Positions 32,286 to 41,779 of a stretch of DNA of 45,246 nt are shown in pieces. The notes below the pieces were generated by a model. The model saw only the letters and a list, made by a program, of their open reading frames with translations. It ran no database searches and had not been told where the DNA came from. The translations under genes were made by a program, and so were the position numbers. Positions within the stretch are counted from its first letter, which is position 1, and each line of letters begins with the position of its first letter. The DNA comes from a virus (taxonomy: Duplodnaviria; Caudoviricetes), in IMG/VR virus record IMGVR_UViG_3300015050_000992, positions 1 through 45,246 of that record; one strand, given 5' to 3'.

Positions 32286-32940
32286 GCTCTTCGACCTCTA
32301 CCCGGCAACAGGTCCGCTGCGGCGCGAACTCTATCGCAAGCACATGGAGTATTTCAGGCTCGGTGCGGAGCTTGGCGTCAACGAGCGGGCCATGATGGCT
32401 GCTAACCGTGTGGGCAAGACCTACGGCGGTGGTGGCTATGAAACCGCGCTGCACCTCACTGGACTTTACCCGGATTGGTGGGAAGGGCGGCGCTTCAACC
32501 ATCCGGTGGATTGGTGGGCTGCCGGCGATACCGCCGAGACAACGCGCGACATCATCCAGTTGTGTCTGTTGGGCCCAGTAGAGGATATGGGCACGGGCCT
32601 CATTCCAGGCGACTGCATCATCGGTGAGCCGAGCAGGCGCCGCGGTGTGGCTGACTCGGTCGACACCGTCGCGGTTCGGCACAAGAGCGGCGGCGTCAGT
32701 TCGCTTGGCCTCAAGTCCTACGATCAGGGGCGCAAGAAGTTTCAGGGCACGGCCAAGCATGGTGTGTGGCTCGATGAAGAGCCGCCGCAGGATGTCTACA
32801 CCGAATGTCTGCTGCGCTTGATGACGACGCAGGGCCTCATGATGCTCACGTTCACCCCGTTGTCCGGCATCTCGGAAGTTGTCCTTCAGTACATGAGCGA
32901 GGATCAGCTTGCGGCACTTAGTGACGGCAACGTGGGATGA
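32191..32940 (+). CDS. terL: Terminase large subunit, N-terminal ATPase part
   Basis: Walker A AANRVGKT, Walker B VWLDEE, coupling motif TFTP. Confidence 0.93.
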   Translation: MNSLNPSSLSYSEKRELASLLEEVERRKTRRKLFDLYPATGPLRRELYRKHMEYFRLGAELGVNERAMMAANRVGKTYGGGGYETALHLTGLYPDWWEGRRFNHPVDWWAAGDTAETTRDIIQLCLLGPVEDMGTGLIPGDCIIGEPSRRRGVADSVDTVAVRHKSGGVSSLGLKSYDQGRKKFQGTAKHGVWLDEEPPQDVYTECLLRLMTTQGLMMLTFTPLSGISEVVLQYMSEDQLAALSDGNVG

Positions 32941-33652
32941 TGTCCCGCACCTCAGCGCAGATCAGAAGCAACAGCTTTGGGACGCACTGCCTCCGCACGA
33001 GAAGGAAGCGCGCTCAAAGGGCATACCGGGGCTAGGCGAGGGCGCCATCTTCCCAGTCTCCGATGAGAGTATCCTCGTAGACCCGTTCGAAATACCGAAG
33101 CACTGGCGCCACATCGGTGGCCTCGACTTTGGCTACGACCATCCATTCGGTGCGGTGAAACTGGCGCACGACCTCGACACCGACAGCGTCTACGTGACGG
33201 CGGAGTATCGGGAGCGCAAGGCAACGCCGGTCATTCATGCCGCTGCGTTGCGACCGTGGGGCAGTTGGTTGCCGTGGGCATGGCCGCACGATGGTCTGCA
33301 ACACGACAAGGGCTCGGGCGAGCAACTGGCGCAGCAGTACCGCGACCAGAACCTCGACCTGCTGGCAGAGCGCGCCACGTTCGATGACGAGACGAACGGC
33401 GTTGAGGCCGGCCTGTCCGACATGCTGGTTCGAATGCAGACCAACCGGTGGAAGGTCTTCAGGACCTGCCCGCTGTGGATGGAAGAAAAGCGGCTCTATC
33501 ACCGCAAGAAGAATGATAAGGGCAAGATCGCCATCGTGGCTCTTCGCGACGATCTCATCAGCGCCTCTCGCTACGCACTGATGATGATCCGGCACGCGGA
33601 AATGAACCAGCGAGCGCTCATGCCTCAGGTTGAAACGGATTGGGTGGCATGA
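32909..33652 (+). CDS. terL: Terminase large subunit, lid and nuclease part (+1 frame)
   Basis: WDDVPHL, AR..GIP..G.G, GLDFG..HP, WPHDG and DDL.SA.RYA motifs. Confidence 0.92.
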   Translation: MRHLVTATWDDVPHLSADQKQQLWDALPPHEKEARSKGIPGLGEGAIFPVSDESILVDPFEIPKHWRHIGGLDFGYDHPFGAVKLAHDLDTDSVYVTAEYRERKATPVIHAAALRPWGSWLPWAWPHDGLQHDKGSGEQLAQQYRDQNLDLLAERATFDDETNGVEAGLSDMLVRMQTNRWKVFRTCPLWMEEKRLYHRKKNDKGKIAIVALRDDLISASRYALMMIRHAEMNQRALMPQVETDWVA

Positions 33653-33828
33653 CCGCGCACACGAGCTTTCGCCAAGGCCAGCCGGTGTTCGTCCAACTCA
33701 AGTCTGGCGAGCAGTTCATGGACAAGTTCCAAGAGCGCCGCTCCACCCATGTCGTCCTTCGCAAGCGAGGCAAAGTCGCAATGACCGATCTTCGCGCTGT
33801 AAGCATCGCAAGGAAGACCGATGACTGA
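33649..33828 (+). CDS. Hypothetical protein
   Basis: ATGA overlap with terL. Confidence 0.55.
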   Translation: MTAHTSFRQGQPVFVQLKSGEQFMDKFQERRSTHVVLRKRGKVAMTDLRAVSIARKTDD

Positions 33829-34039
33829 AGGTGTTCGAACGTTTGCCGACGCGCTGCGCACCATCATTGCCCACTGTGGCGATATGCGCCCGCGCTACAT
33901 GGTGATGTCTGAGTACGGCCATGCTGCGTTCCATCTGTCGCTTAAGGCAGAGCAGCAAGCATGGGACCGCCGCCGCCTGAAGCGCGAACTGCGCAAGGGC
34001 AACCGCAGCGTCTATTCAAAGGCGGCGCTAGATGGCTGA
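33821..34039 (+). CDS. Hypothetical protein
   Basis: Fills the gap to the portal gene. Confidence 0.5.
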   Translation: MTEGVRTFADALRTIIAHCGDMRPRYMVMSEYGHAAFHLSLKAEQQAWDRRRLKRELRKGNRSVYSKAALDG

Positions 34040-36266
34040 AGACATCGAGATCGAAGGCTCCGATCTCGGCGCCATCGTCGCTGACGAAATCCGTTCGGCC
34101 AAGGGCTATGACTCGACCGAGCTAAGCGACAAGCGCACCCGTGCCATCGAGTACATGCGCGGCGAAATGAACGATACGCCGGCGCGGCCCAACGGCTCGA
34201 CGCAGACCAGCCGTGACTTCGCCGATACCGTGTCGTGGATCTTGCCTGGCGTGGTGCGCGTGTTCACCGCCTCGGATCAGATGGTCCAGTACGACAAGGT
34301 GCGCGAAGAGAACGACGACTGGGCACGTGACGCCAGCGAGTACACCAACTGGTCCTTCTTCCGGGAGAATGACGGCTACAAGATCCTCTACAACGCGACC
34401 AATGACAGCCTGCAGCTCGGCAATGGTCTGGCGGCTTCCTACTGGGAGCCGGAGCGCGCAGAAACCCGCTGGTTCCGTGACAAGACTGAGATGGAGCTTA
34501 CCATCCTCATCGAGGACGAGGGCTGGCAGCCCACGGGTGTAGCAAGGCCCGGCAAGCCGACGCAGGAAGAGGTGATTGACGAGGCAACCGGCCAGCCCAT
34601 GCTGGTCGATGTACCGACGCTGACGGTCAAGCTCGCCAAGGTATCGCGGCCGGCGAAGATTTGCGACGTGACGTGCAAGCCTGAGAACCTGTTCCTCAAC
34701 CGCATGGCGACAACCATCGAGGGCGCACGGTTCGTTGCCTATCTGCACGATGACAAGACCCGCTCCGATCTCATTGAGATGGCCGACGACTACGGCTGGG
34801 ACAAGAGCGTCATTGAGGAGCTGCCATCGTTCAGCCGCGCTGCACGGCGCGAGGTGGATACGGCGCGAGATGACGACAGCCCCTATGACCACACATCGCC
34901 GGTCAAGTCCGGTGATCCGATCGACCTCTACGAGTGCTACCTGCGCGCTGACCGCGACGGGGACGGCATTGCGGAGCTGGTGCAGTGCTGGTTTGCCGGG
35001 GATACCGGAACCGGGGCGCTGCTGAGCGAGGACGAATACGAGGACGAGTGTCCGTACACCGACATTCCCTGCTATCCGATGCCTCACCGCTTCGATGCGC
35101 AGAGCGTGTTCGACCGCACGGCCGATGTGCAGCGGGTGAAGACCGTGCTGCTGCGTCAGGCGCTTGACAACATCTATGCTTCGAACCTGCCGATGCGCGA
35201 GGTCGAAGCGGGAACAGTCGATAACCCCGACATTCTAGTCAACCCCAAGTTCGGCGGGATTATCTGGCGCACCAAGGGCAAGGCGACGGTCCCGATCGTA
35301 CCGCACACCGTGCCATTCGTAGCCGACAAGGCGTTTATGGCCATGCAGTACATGGACGAGATGATTGCCAAGCGCACCGGCATCTCTCGGACCACCATGG
35401 CGCTCGACCCCGAGGCGCTGCAGAACCAGACGGCGACTGCCGCGGCTCAGCAGCGTGACGCCGGCTACTCGCAGATCGAACTCATCGCCCGCAACATGGC
35501 GGAGTTGGGCTGGTCCAAGTTCTTCAAGAAGCGCCTGAACATCGCCATCAAGAATGGCCTGGTGCGGAAGATACCGGCCAAGGACGAAGAGAACGGCTTC
35601 CGCGAGATCGACGCCGGCAAGTGGGACCCATCCATGGCGGTGACCATCAACGTTGGGCTGGGCACTGGTTCGCGCGACCGCGACATGGCGATGCTCAACA
35701 ACATCCTCAATGGGCAGATCGGCATGGCTGATCGGCTCGGCGCTGCTGGGATGACATCGAAGGCCATCGAGTTCCTGCCCAAGATCCGGAACACCGCGGT
35801 CAAGATCGCCGAGTCGTCTGGCCTCAAGAATCCGGAAGAGTTCTATCCCGAGGTCACGGACGACGAGGTTATCGAGCTTCAGAAGGCAGCATCGCAGCCG
35901 CAGCCTGATCCGGCGCTCGAGCTTGAGAAGGCCAAGGGCGAGGTTGCTGCCCAACTGGAGCAGGCTAAGGGCCAGACGGCCATGCAACTGAAGCAGGTCG
36001 ATGCGCAAGTGTCGATGCAGCAGGCGCAACTGAAGGCTGAGGGCGACGTGGTGAAGAACCAGGCCGAGCTTGAAGCCGATCTCGCCACCAAAGCAGCAGA
36101 CCGTGAGAACGCGATGCTCCTCGCCCAGCAGGAAGCGCAGCTCAAGCTCACGATGCAGGCCAACGACCACGCCTTCCAGCTTCAACTCGAGCGCGAGCGC
36201 ATGGCCAATGCCGCGCATATCGCTTCGCTGAAGCCCGACCCCAAGCCGAGCGGCAAGCCCGCATAG
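34032..36266 (+). CDS. Portal protein with C-terminal coiled-coil barrel
   Basis: 744 aa, follows terL; Q..KT.L.RQ.LDN.Y, NQTATA and INVGLG.G motifs; Q/A/E-rich tail. Confidence 0.9.
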   Translation: MAEDIEIEGSDLGAIVADEIRSAKGYDSTELSDKRTRAIEYMRGEMNDTPARPNGSTQTSRDFADTVSWILPGVVRVFTASDQMVQYDKVREENDDWARDASEYTNWSFFRENDGYKILYNATNDSLQLGNGLAASYWEPERAETRWFRDKTEMELTILIEDEGWQPTGVARPGKPTQEEVIDEATGQPMLVDVPTLTVKLAKVSRPAKICDVTCKPENLFLNRMATTIEGARFVAYLHDDKTRSDLIEMADDYGWDKSVIEELPSFSRAARREVDTARDDDSPYDHTSPVKSGDPIDLYECYLRADRDGDGIAELVQCWFAGDTGTGALLSEDEYEDECPYTDIPCYPMPHRFDAQSVFDRTADVQRVKTVLLRQALDNIYASNLPMREVEAGTVDNPDILVNPKFGGIIWRTKGKATVPIVPHTVPFVADKAFMAMQYMDEMIAKRTGISRTTMALDPEALQNQTATAAAQQRDAGYSQIELIARNMAELGWSKFFKKRLNIAIKNGLVRKIPAKDEENGFREIDAGKWDPSMAVTINVGLGTGSRDRDMAMLNNILNGQIGMADRLGAAGMTSKAIEFLPKIRNTAVKIAESSGLKNPEEFYPEVTDDEVIELQKAASQPQPDPALELEKAKGEVAAQLEQAKGQTAMQLKQVDAQVSMQQAQLKAEGDVVKNQAELEADLATKAADRENAMLLAQQEAQLKLTMQANDHAFQLQLERERMANAAHIASLKPDPKPSGKPA

Positions 36267-36276
36267 GAGAACCACA

Positions 36277-36759
36277 ATGGCCAACTATTCAGGCAGCGGG
36301 TATTACGCATCAATGAGCGTGACCGCGGTAGCCGCAGCTATTCACGCCAACGATGTCATGGGAACCATCCAGGCTCTCACATGGCTCGACAAGGACGGCG
36401 GCGCAATGCGGGGCGGTGAACTGAAGATCGTCAGTTCCATGTTCTACATCGCAGATACCGCGCTGATCGCGTCGGAAGCTGGCTATACGCTCAAGCTGTA
36501 CAAAAGCTCCCCAGCGAGCCTTCCCGCCGACAATGCGGCATGGGACATCGCCGCGGCTGATCGGGCGATCTACCAGGGCTCGCTCGCCATCGGCACGCCA
36601 GTCGATATCGGCTCTACGTGCCTTGTCGAAGTGGATACCTACACCAAGCAGATCACGGTGGGGTCGACGGGCATCACCTACGCGGCGCTTCAGACCCTTG
36701 CCGGCTTCACTGCTACCGCCACGGTGCGCAACATCATCCTTCACGGCGTGGCCCTGTGA
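36277..36759 (+). CDS. Putative virion protein
   Basis: AGGAG SD; beta-rich; in the head module. Confidence 0.55.
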   Translation: MANYSGSGYYASMSVTAVAAAIHANDVMGTIQALTWLDKDGGAMRGGELKIVSSMFYIADTALIASEAGYTLKLYKSSPASLPADNAAWDIAAADRAIYQGSLAIGTPVDIGSTCLVEVDTYTKQITVGSTGITYAALQTLAGFTATATVRNIILHGVAL

Positions 36760-37019
36760 GCGCTCTCGCTGATCATTACGCCAAAGAAGCCGAGCGACTG
36801 CTCAATGACGACGTGCTGGCTGAGGCATTCACCGCGGTTCGCATGAACGCGCTCGTCGCGCTGTCAACTGTCGACGCTGACAACAAGACCGAAATTCTGA
36901 GGCTCCAGGCCATTGCCGGCATCCTCCCCGACGTTGTGGACGCGCTGAAATCACACATCATCGCCGCTGGCGGGATGAGTGGTGGCGTCGATCCCAACCA
37001 GCCGACCAGCGAAAGCTGA
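36756..37019 (+). CDS. Small head-module protein
   Basis: EAERLL.D..L.EAF pattern; between portal and scaffold. Confidence 0.65.
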   Translation: MSALADHYAKEAERLLNDDVLAEAFTAVRMNALVALSTVDADNKTEILRLQAIAGILPDVVDALKSHIIAAGGMSGGVDPNQPTSES

Positions 37020-37053
37020 CCCCGGCTTTACTGCCACCAAAGGACCCCTACTC

Positions 37054-38088
37054 ATGCCAATCGACAATCTCCCTGGCGTTGAGCCGGGGCCTGTTGACAC
37101 GACTCCTCCGACCGAAGCTTCTTTGATCGAGGACATCTCCAATCTTCTCGATGACGACCCGGAAACGGACCCCGCCGAAGAGAAAGAGGACCAAGCGACA
37201 GCCGATGCAGACGATGGCGATGAGCCTGATGTCGACGTGTCGGAAGACGTTGAGGACGAGGCTGAAGCCGACGATCCTGACGGCTCACAGGAACCGGAAA
37301 TCAAGGGCGGCCGCTTTGCACCTGACAGTGCGAAGGTCACCCTCGAGGACGGCTCGGTGATCACCGTTGCGGACCTGAAGCGCAACAACCTGTTCCAGCG
37401 CGATTACACCAAGAAGACGACCGAGTTGGCTGCCGAACGCGAGCAGATCACAACCCGGAAGTCGGAGGTGGATCAGCAGGCTCAATCACTGACGCAGCTT
37501 GCGGAACGACTGACTGTCTTTAGCCAGAAATACCTGCCTCAACCCCCGGAACCGTTCACCGGCACGCCCGACACCGACCCGCTCGGCTACATGACCTACA
37601 TGCAGCGACGGGAGCAGTACGAGCAGGCCGTCAGCGAGTTCAACGGCATCCAGCAGGGAACCTCGCAACTCACCGAAGAGCAGCAACGTGCCAAAGACGA
37701 CCAGGCCAAGTTGGCGTGGGCGGCTGAGGCGGCGGCTCTGGCGGCGAGCGACAAGTTCTTTGCCGACCCCGTCAAGGTCGAAGGCTTCTTCAAGGAAGCT
37801 GTCGAACTGGGTGGCAAGGCCTGGGGCCTCACTCGCGATGACATCGCGAACTTGAGGTCCGGCAAGGCCTTCCGGGTCCTTCGCTCGGCTGTTCTCTACG
37901 AACGCGCCAAAGCCAAGGCTCAGGGGGTCAAAGAGCAGGTCAAGGCAAAGCCAGCAGTGCCAATCGGCGGCCGCAGGGCCGATCCGAATGCACGGGTCTC
38001 CGCACAAAAGCAGGCGCGGTCTGAGCGGCTTCGCGCGACCGGCAGTTTCGAAGACGGAATTGCCGCGATCGAGGACCTCATTCCCTAA
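37054..38088 (+). CDS. Capsid scaffolding protein
   Basis: Acidic N-terminus, DYT.KT.ELA, DP.GY, coiled coil; precedes the MCP. Confidence 0.85.
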   Translation: MPIDNLPGVEPGPVDTTPPTEASLIEDISNLLDDDPETDPAEEKEDQATADADDGDEPDVDVSEDVEDEAEADDPDGSQEPEIKGGRFAPDSAKVTLEDGSVITVADLKRNNLFQRDYTKKTTELAAEREQITTRKSEVDQQAQSLTQLAERLTVFSQKYLPQPPEPFTGTPDTDPLGYMTYMQRREQYEQAVSEFNGIQQGTSQLTEEQQRAKDDQAKLAWAAEAAALAASDKFFADPVKVEGFFKEAVELGGKAWGLTRDDIANLRSGKAFRVLRSAVLYERAKAKAQGVKEQVKAKPAVPIGGRRADPNARVSAQKQARSERLRATGSFEDGIAAIEDLIP

Positions 38089-38103
38089 TCCGGAGCATCC
38101 CCC

Positions 38104-39105
38104 ATGGCACAGGCTGCCAATACCTATGAGACCTACGACGCCGTAGGCAACCGGGAAGAGCTTGCCGACAAGATCTACATGATCACGCCGGAAAAGACTC
38201 CTTTCCTCTCCCTCGCCGGCCGCAAGGCCGTCGTCTCTGTCCACCCCGAGTGGCAGACCGACACCCTCGGCTCCCCCGACACGGCCAACAACCAGCCGGA
38301 AGGCAACGATTGGTCGTATGACGCGATCACCCCCACGACCCGGATCGGCAACTACACGCAGATTTCCGAGAAGTCGTTCCTGATCTCCCGCACCCAGGAG
38401 AACACCTCCAAGGCGGGTCGGAAGTCTGAAAAGGCCCGTGAAGCGGCCAAGAAGATGACCGAGCTGAAGATCGACATGGAAGTGATCGGCCTCAGCAACC
38501 AGGCGGCCTCGGCCGGCTCTGGCAACGGCGCCACCAACCGCACGCTGGCCGGGCTTCGTGCCTGGCTGACGACTAACGACAGCCTTGGTGCTGGCGGGTC
38601 CTCGGGCTCGTTCTCCAACGGCATCCAGGGCGCCGCGACCAACGGCACTCAGCGTGCGCTGACCAAGGCGCTCATTGACGAAGTCGTGCTCTCCACTGCC
38701 AACGCTGGCGGTGAAGCCGACGTGCTGATGATGAGCAACTACAACAAGACCGTCTCGTCGCGCTTCCTCGATGACGCCGATATCGTCCCGCTCCGCAAGG
38801 AAGTCGGGAAGGGTGCGGCAACCATCGTCGGTGCGGCTGACGCCTACCTGACGGACTTCGGCCTCGTGACTTTTGTGCCGAACGTCCAGATGACCCGTGC
38901 CGGTGCGGCTATCGCCCGCAACGTGTTCCTCATCGATCCGTCGATGGTGACCTACGGCATCTTTGACGACATCCAGGTCCACAAGCCGGCGAAAACCGGT
39001 GACGCGGACAAGTATGTCCTCAACGTCGAGTACACCCTCATCGTCAACAACGAAGCTGCCCATGGCGTCATCGCTGACACCTTCGGCATCTCGGCAGCGG
39101 CATAA
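38104..39105 (+). CDS. Major capsid protein (DUF5309/SU10-like)
   Basis: GNRE.L.D.I..I.P..TPF, EWQTD.L, NYTQI, ELK.D.E and KTGD..K....EYTL motifs. Confidence 0.9.
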   Translation: MAQAANTYETYDAVGNREELADKIYMITPEKTPFLSLAGRKAVVSVHPEWQTDTLGSPDTANNQPEGNDWSYDAITPTTRIGNYTQISEKSFLISRTQENTSKAGRKSEKAREAAKKMTELKIDMEVIGLSNQAASAGSGNGATNRTLAGLRAWLTTNDSLGAGGSSGSFSNGIQGAATNGTQRALTKALIDEVVLSTANAGGEADVLMMSNYNKTVSSRFLDDADIVPLRKEVGKGAATIVGAADAYLTDFGLVTFVPNVQMTRAGAAIARNVFLIDPSMVTYGIFDDIQVHKPAKTGDADKYVLNVEYTLIVNNEAAHGVIADTFGISAAA

Positions 39106-39117
39106 GGAGACCTGATC

Positions 39118-39543
39118 ATGGCATATCCCATGCAGACTATCACGGTCACCGGCTCCACGACGCTGACCAAGGACAACCATGCCGATACGCTGGTTGTGCA
39201 CAACGCGGTTGGCGGCGGCACCCTCACGCTGCCGGCATCGAACGGCGACGGCAAGTCCTTCGAAGTCATCGTGCACACCACCGTCACCTCGAGCCTGATC
39301 ATTGCGGTGGCGAATGCTACCGACGTGATCCGGGGCGGCGTGGCGATCTCGACGGACGTTGCGGGTATTACGATGCTCGCGGGCGGCACCGACGACACGA
39401 TCACGATGAACGGCTCCACCACTGGTGGCCTGGCGGGCAGCACCGTCAAGCTGACCGACTACAAGGCCGGCTTCTGGCGGGTGACGGGCTTCCTTGTCTC
39501 GACAGGCTCCGAGGCCACTCCGTTCTCGGCGACCATCTCGTAA
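39118..39543 (+). CDS. Putative capsid decoration protein A
   Basis: TLTLPA..G.G, DTITMNG.TTGG and G.EATPFS motifs; paralog of the next gene. Confidence 0.6.
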   Translation: MAYPMQTITVTGSTTLTKDNHADTLVVHNAVGGGTLTLPASNGDGKSFEVIVHTTVTSSLIIAVANATDVIRGGVAISTDVAGITMLAGGTDDTITMNGSTTGGLAGSTVKLTDYKAGFWRVTGFLVSTGSEATPFSATIS

Positions 39544-39564
39544 ACCACGAGCAACCGAACCATC

Positions 39565-39592
39565 GCGGCGGGCCTTCGGGTCCGCCGTTTTT
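39565..39592 (+). terminator. Rho-independent terminator with cUUCGg loop
   Basis: GCGGCGGGCC-TTCG-GGTCCGCCGT-TTTT. Confidence 0.85.
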
Positions 39593-39630
39593 ACATGGGC
39601 GCTCCCGGCCCCAACTGAAGGATCTTCGTC

Positions 39631-40227
39631 ATGGCCGCTGAAACCGGTTTGACCACCTCCCGACTGCTCAATCGCCTTGCCTACGATACGGCGAACATCG
39701 CCTCCGACATCGGTGTTGTCGCCAGTGCTGACCGCATTCCGATCTATGACGTGTCCGGTGAAATCGCTGGCTACACCACGGCCGGCGCGTTGCTCACCGT
39801 GCCGCCCGTCACCCTGACCGCCTCGACTGCCATCACGGCTGCTTCCCACGCCAACCGCACGCTGCTGATGGGGGCTGCAGGCGCTGCGCTGACCTTTACG
39901 CTCCCCGCTGCAACCGGCACCGGCAACAAGTACCGGTTTGTCGTTTCGGTGGTGAACACCTCGAACTACCTCATCAAGTCGGCGGTTGGCACAGACCTTA
40001 TGGAGGGCTGCCTCATCGGCGACGATGGCGCAGGCGTCACGACTACCTTGCGGTGGCAGGCGGGCGCGACCGACGACACCATCACGCTCAACGGCACGAC
40101 CACGGGCGGCGTCGATATCGGCGACTGGATTGAACTGGAGGATATCACCTCCGTTGGCTGGGCCGTTCGCGGCGTCATCAGCCAGTCCGGCGCCGAAGCT
40201 ACGCCGTTCAGCGACACTGTCACCTGA
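39631..40227 (+). CDS. Putative capsid decoration protein B
   Basis: TFTLPAATG.G, DTITLNG.TTGG and G.EATPFS motifs. Confidence 0.6.
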   Translation: MAAETGLTTSRLLNRLAYDTANIASDIGVVASADRIPIYDVSGEIAGYTTAGALLTVPPVTLTASTAITAASHANRTLLMGAAGAALTFTLPAATGTGNKYRFVVSVVNTSNYLIKSAVGTDLMEGCLIGDDGAGVTTTLRWQAGATDDTITLNGTTTGGVDIGDWIELEDITSVGWAVRGVISQSGAEATPFSDTVT

Positions 40228-40284
40228 TAACGCAGGGCGCAGTTCATTCCGCGCCCTTTCCATTGAAAAACAAAGGACAATCCG

Positions 40285-40776
40285 ATGCCCAAAGGTATTC
40301 CGAACCCCAAGCCGTTTGGCGGCAAGGGCGATCACGACGACAACGGAACCACGGGCGGCGCTCATGCGTCCGTCGAAGAGAAGGCTGCCCCGCTGGCGCC
40401 ATTTCCGCCGACGCCAATGGACGACATCGGCCACACCCCGGCTGTGACTGCCAAGATCGAAGCCGCCAAGCCCAAACTGGTTCCGGTGCGCCTGCTGCGC
40501 AACTACCGGCCCATGACGAGCGTGTTCGAGGTCGTCGGCTACCACAAGGAGCCGATCATCCGTAAGCGCTCCGACGGCAAGATGGTCACCATCGAGGAAG
40601 GCGGGTTCTTCAAGGAAGCTGATGACGTGACGGGTGTGGTGCTCAGCGCACCTCCCGCGATGGTCGGAACTGGGTTCGGCGATCGGCTGAACGTCGGCAC
40701 GGTCGTGCGGCTGCCTCGCGAAGAGGCGAAGCGTGCTCGCGACCTGAAGATCGGCGAGTACGAACTTGACGAATAA
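40285..40776 (+). CDS. Hypothetical head-module protein
   Basis: AAGGA SD; P.RLL.NY.P and GTV..LP.EEA motifs. Confidence 0.65.
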   Translation: MPKGIPNPKPFGGKGDHDDNGTTGGAHASVEEKAAPLAPFPPTPMDDIGHTPAVTAKIEAAKPKLVPVRLLRNYRPMTSVFEVVGYHKEPIIRKRSDGKMVTIEEGGFFKEADDVTGVVLSAPPAMVGTGFGDRLNVGTVVRLPREEAKRARDLKIGEYELDE

Positions 40777-41161
40777 GGTCAAGCTCTCCGAAGCCGACTG
40801 CCAGAACGTCACCTGGCAGGTGGTTGAGGTCACGCCCGAATACCGGCGCTCGATAGGGCGGGGCACGCACCCCGCCACCGGGCTGCCCATCGAGGTGATG
40901 CGTACCGAATTCCTCGCTGACGAGGCGCTGCAGGCGCTCAACGCCGAGCGGCGTAACAACACGGCTGGCAAGCGCTGGTCGTCGGGCATGGGCAGCGACA
41001 AGGGCGGCAACATGCCGTTGGTCTCAGTCGGCTCCATCCCGCTCAACAAGCTCTATTCGGACGTCGTCCCCAAGATGCGGGAAGGCGACAAGGACCATTT
41101 GCGCTGGTTCCTGAACCGCGACGAAAACCTGCCGTTCCGTACCAGAACCGGGAAGCTGTAG
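40766..41161 (+). CDS. Conserved hypothetical protein
   Basis: V.SIP and LN..EN..FRT..G.L pattern. Confidence 0.65.
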   Translation: MTNKVKLSEADCQNVTWQVVEVTPEYRRSIGRGTHPATGLPIEVMRTEFLADEALQALNAERRNNTAGKRWSSGMGSDKGGNMPLVSVGSIPLNKLYSDVVPKMREGDKDHLRWFLNRDENLPFRTRTGKL

Positions 41162-41779
41162 ATGGGTCTCGCCAACTACTCAGAGCTGAGCACGGCCATC
41201 GGCACGTGGGAGGAACGCACTTTCACGTCTGGTGAAACCGACGAGTTTATCCTGCTCGCTGAGGCCAACGCCAACCTGCGGCTGGCTTCGGACTATCGCC
41301 GCCGCGGCAGTGCAACCATTAACACCGACAGCTCAGGCGTTGGCACGCTGCCCACCAGTTTCATCGGTATGTCGGCGCTGACCCGTGATGTGCTCGGCTC
41401 GCTGCCATTGAAACAGGTCAGCTACGGCGCCTTCATCGAGCGCAACCCCTACGAGATTTCCGACGACGCGCAGGTCTACGCACTGCTGAGTGCAACCACG
41501 CTGATCGTCTCCCCGGTCACCGATGACAATTTCCTCGCGGTCTACTCGACCGTTGTCCCGGCCCTGACGGGTTCGAACACCACCAACTGGCTGCTCACCC
41601 TGGCACCGCACTACTACCTGTTTGCCTGCCAATCAGCGGCGGCTGCCAAGTTCAAGGCCTACCAGGAAGCGGCGATGCTCGACAGCAAGGCCAATGACAT
41701 TCTCGATCAGGTCATCTCTCAGGGCAACGTCGCTGAATACGGCAATGCCGAACTGACCATGGCGATGTGCACGCCGTGA
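41162..41779 (+). CDS. Head-tail adaptor
   Basis: NYSEL..AI..W, FI.LAEA..N, L...N.TNWLL..AP..YL motifs. Confidence 0.8.
   Translation: MGLANYSELSTAIGTWEERTFTSGETDEFILLAEANANLRLASDYRRRGSATINTDSSGVGTLPTSFIGMSALTRDVLGSLPLKQVSYGAFIERNPYEISDDAQVYALLSATTLIVSPVTDDNFLAVYSTVVPALTGSNTTNWLLTLAPHYYLFACQSAAAAKFKAYQEAAMLDSKANDILDQVISQGNVAEYGNAELTMAMCTP

Noticed and set aside
37486-41049. 1187-aa ORF on the minus strand
   Set aside because: Antisense shadow of in-frame, codon-biased head genes that avoid TTA/CTA/TCA codons; the translation has no recognisable motifs.
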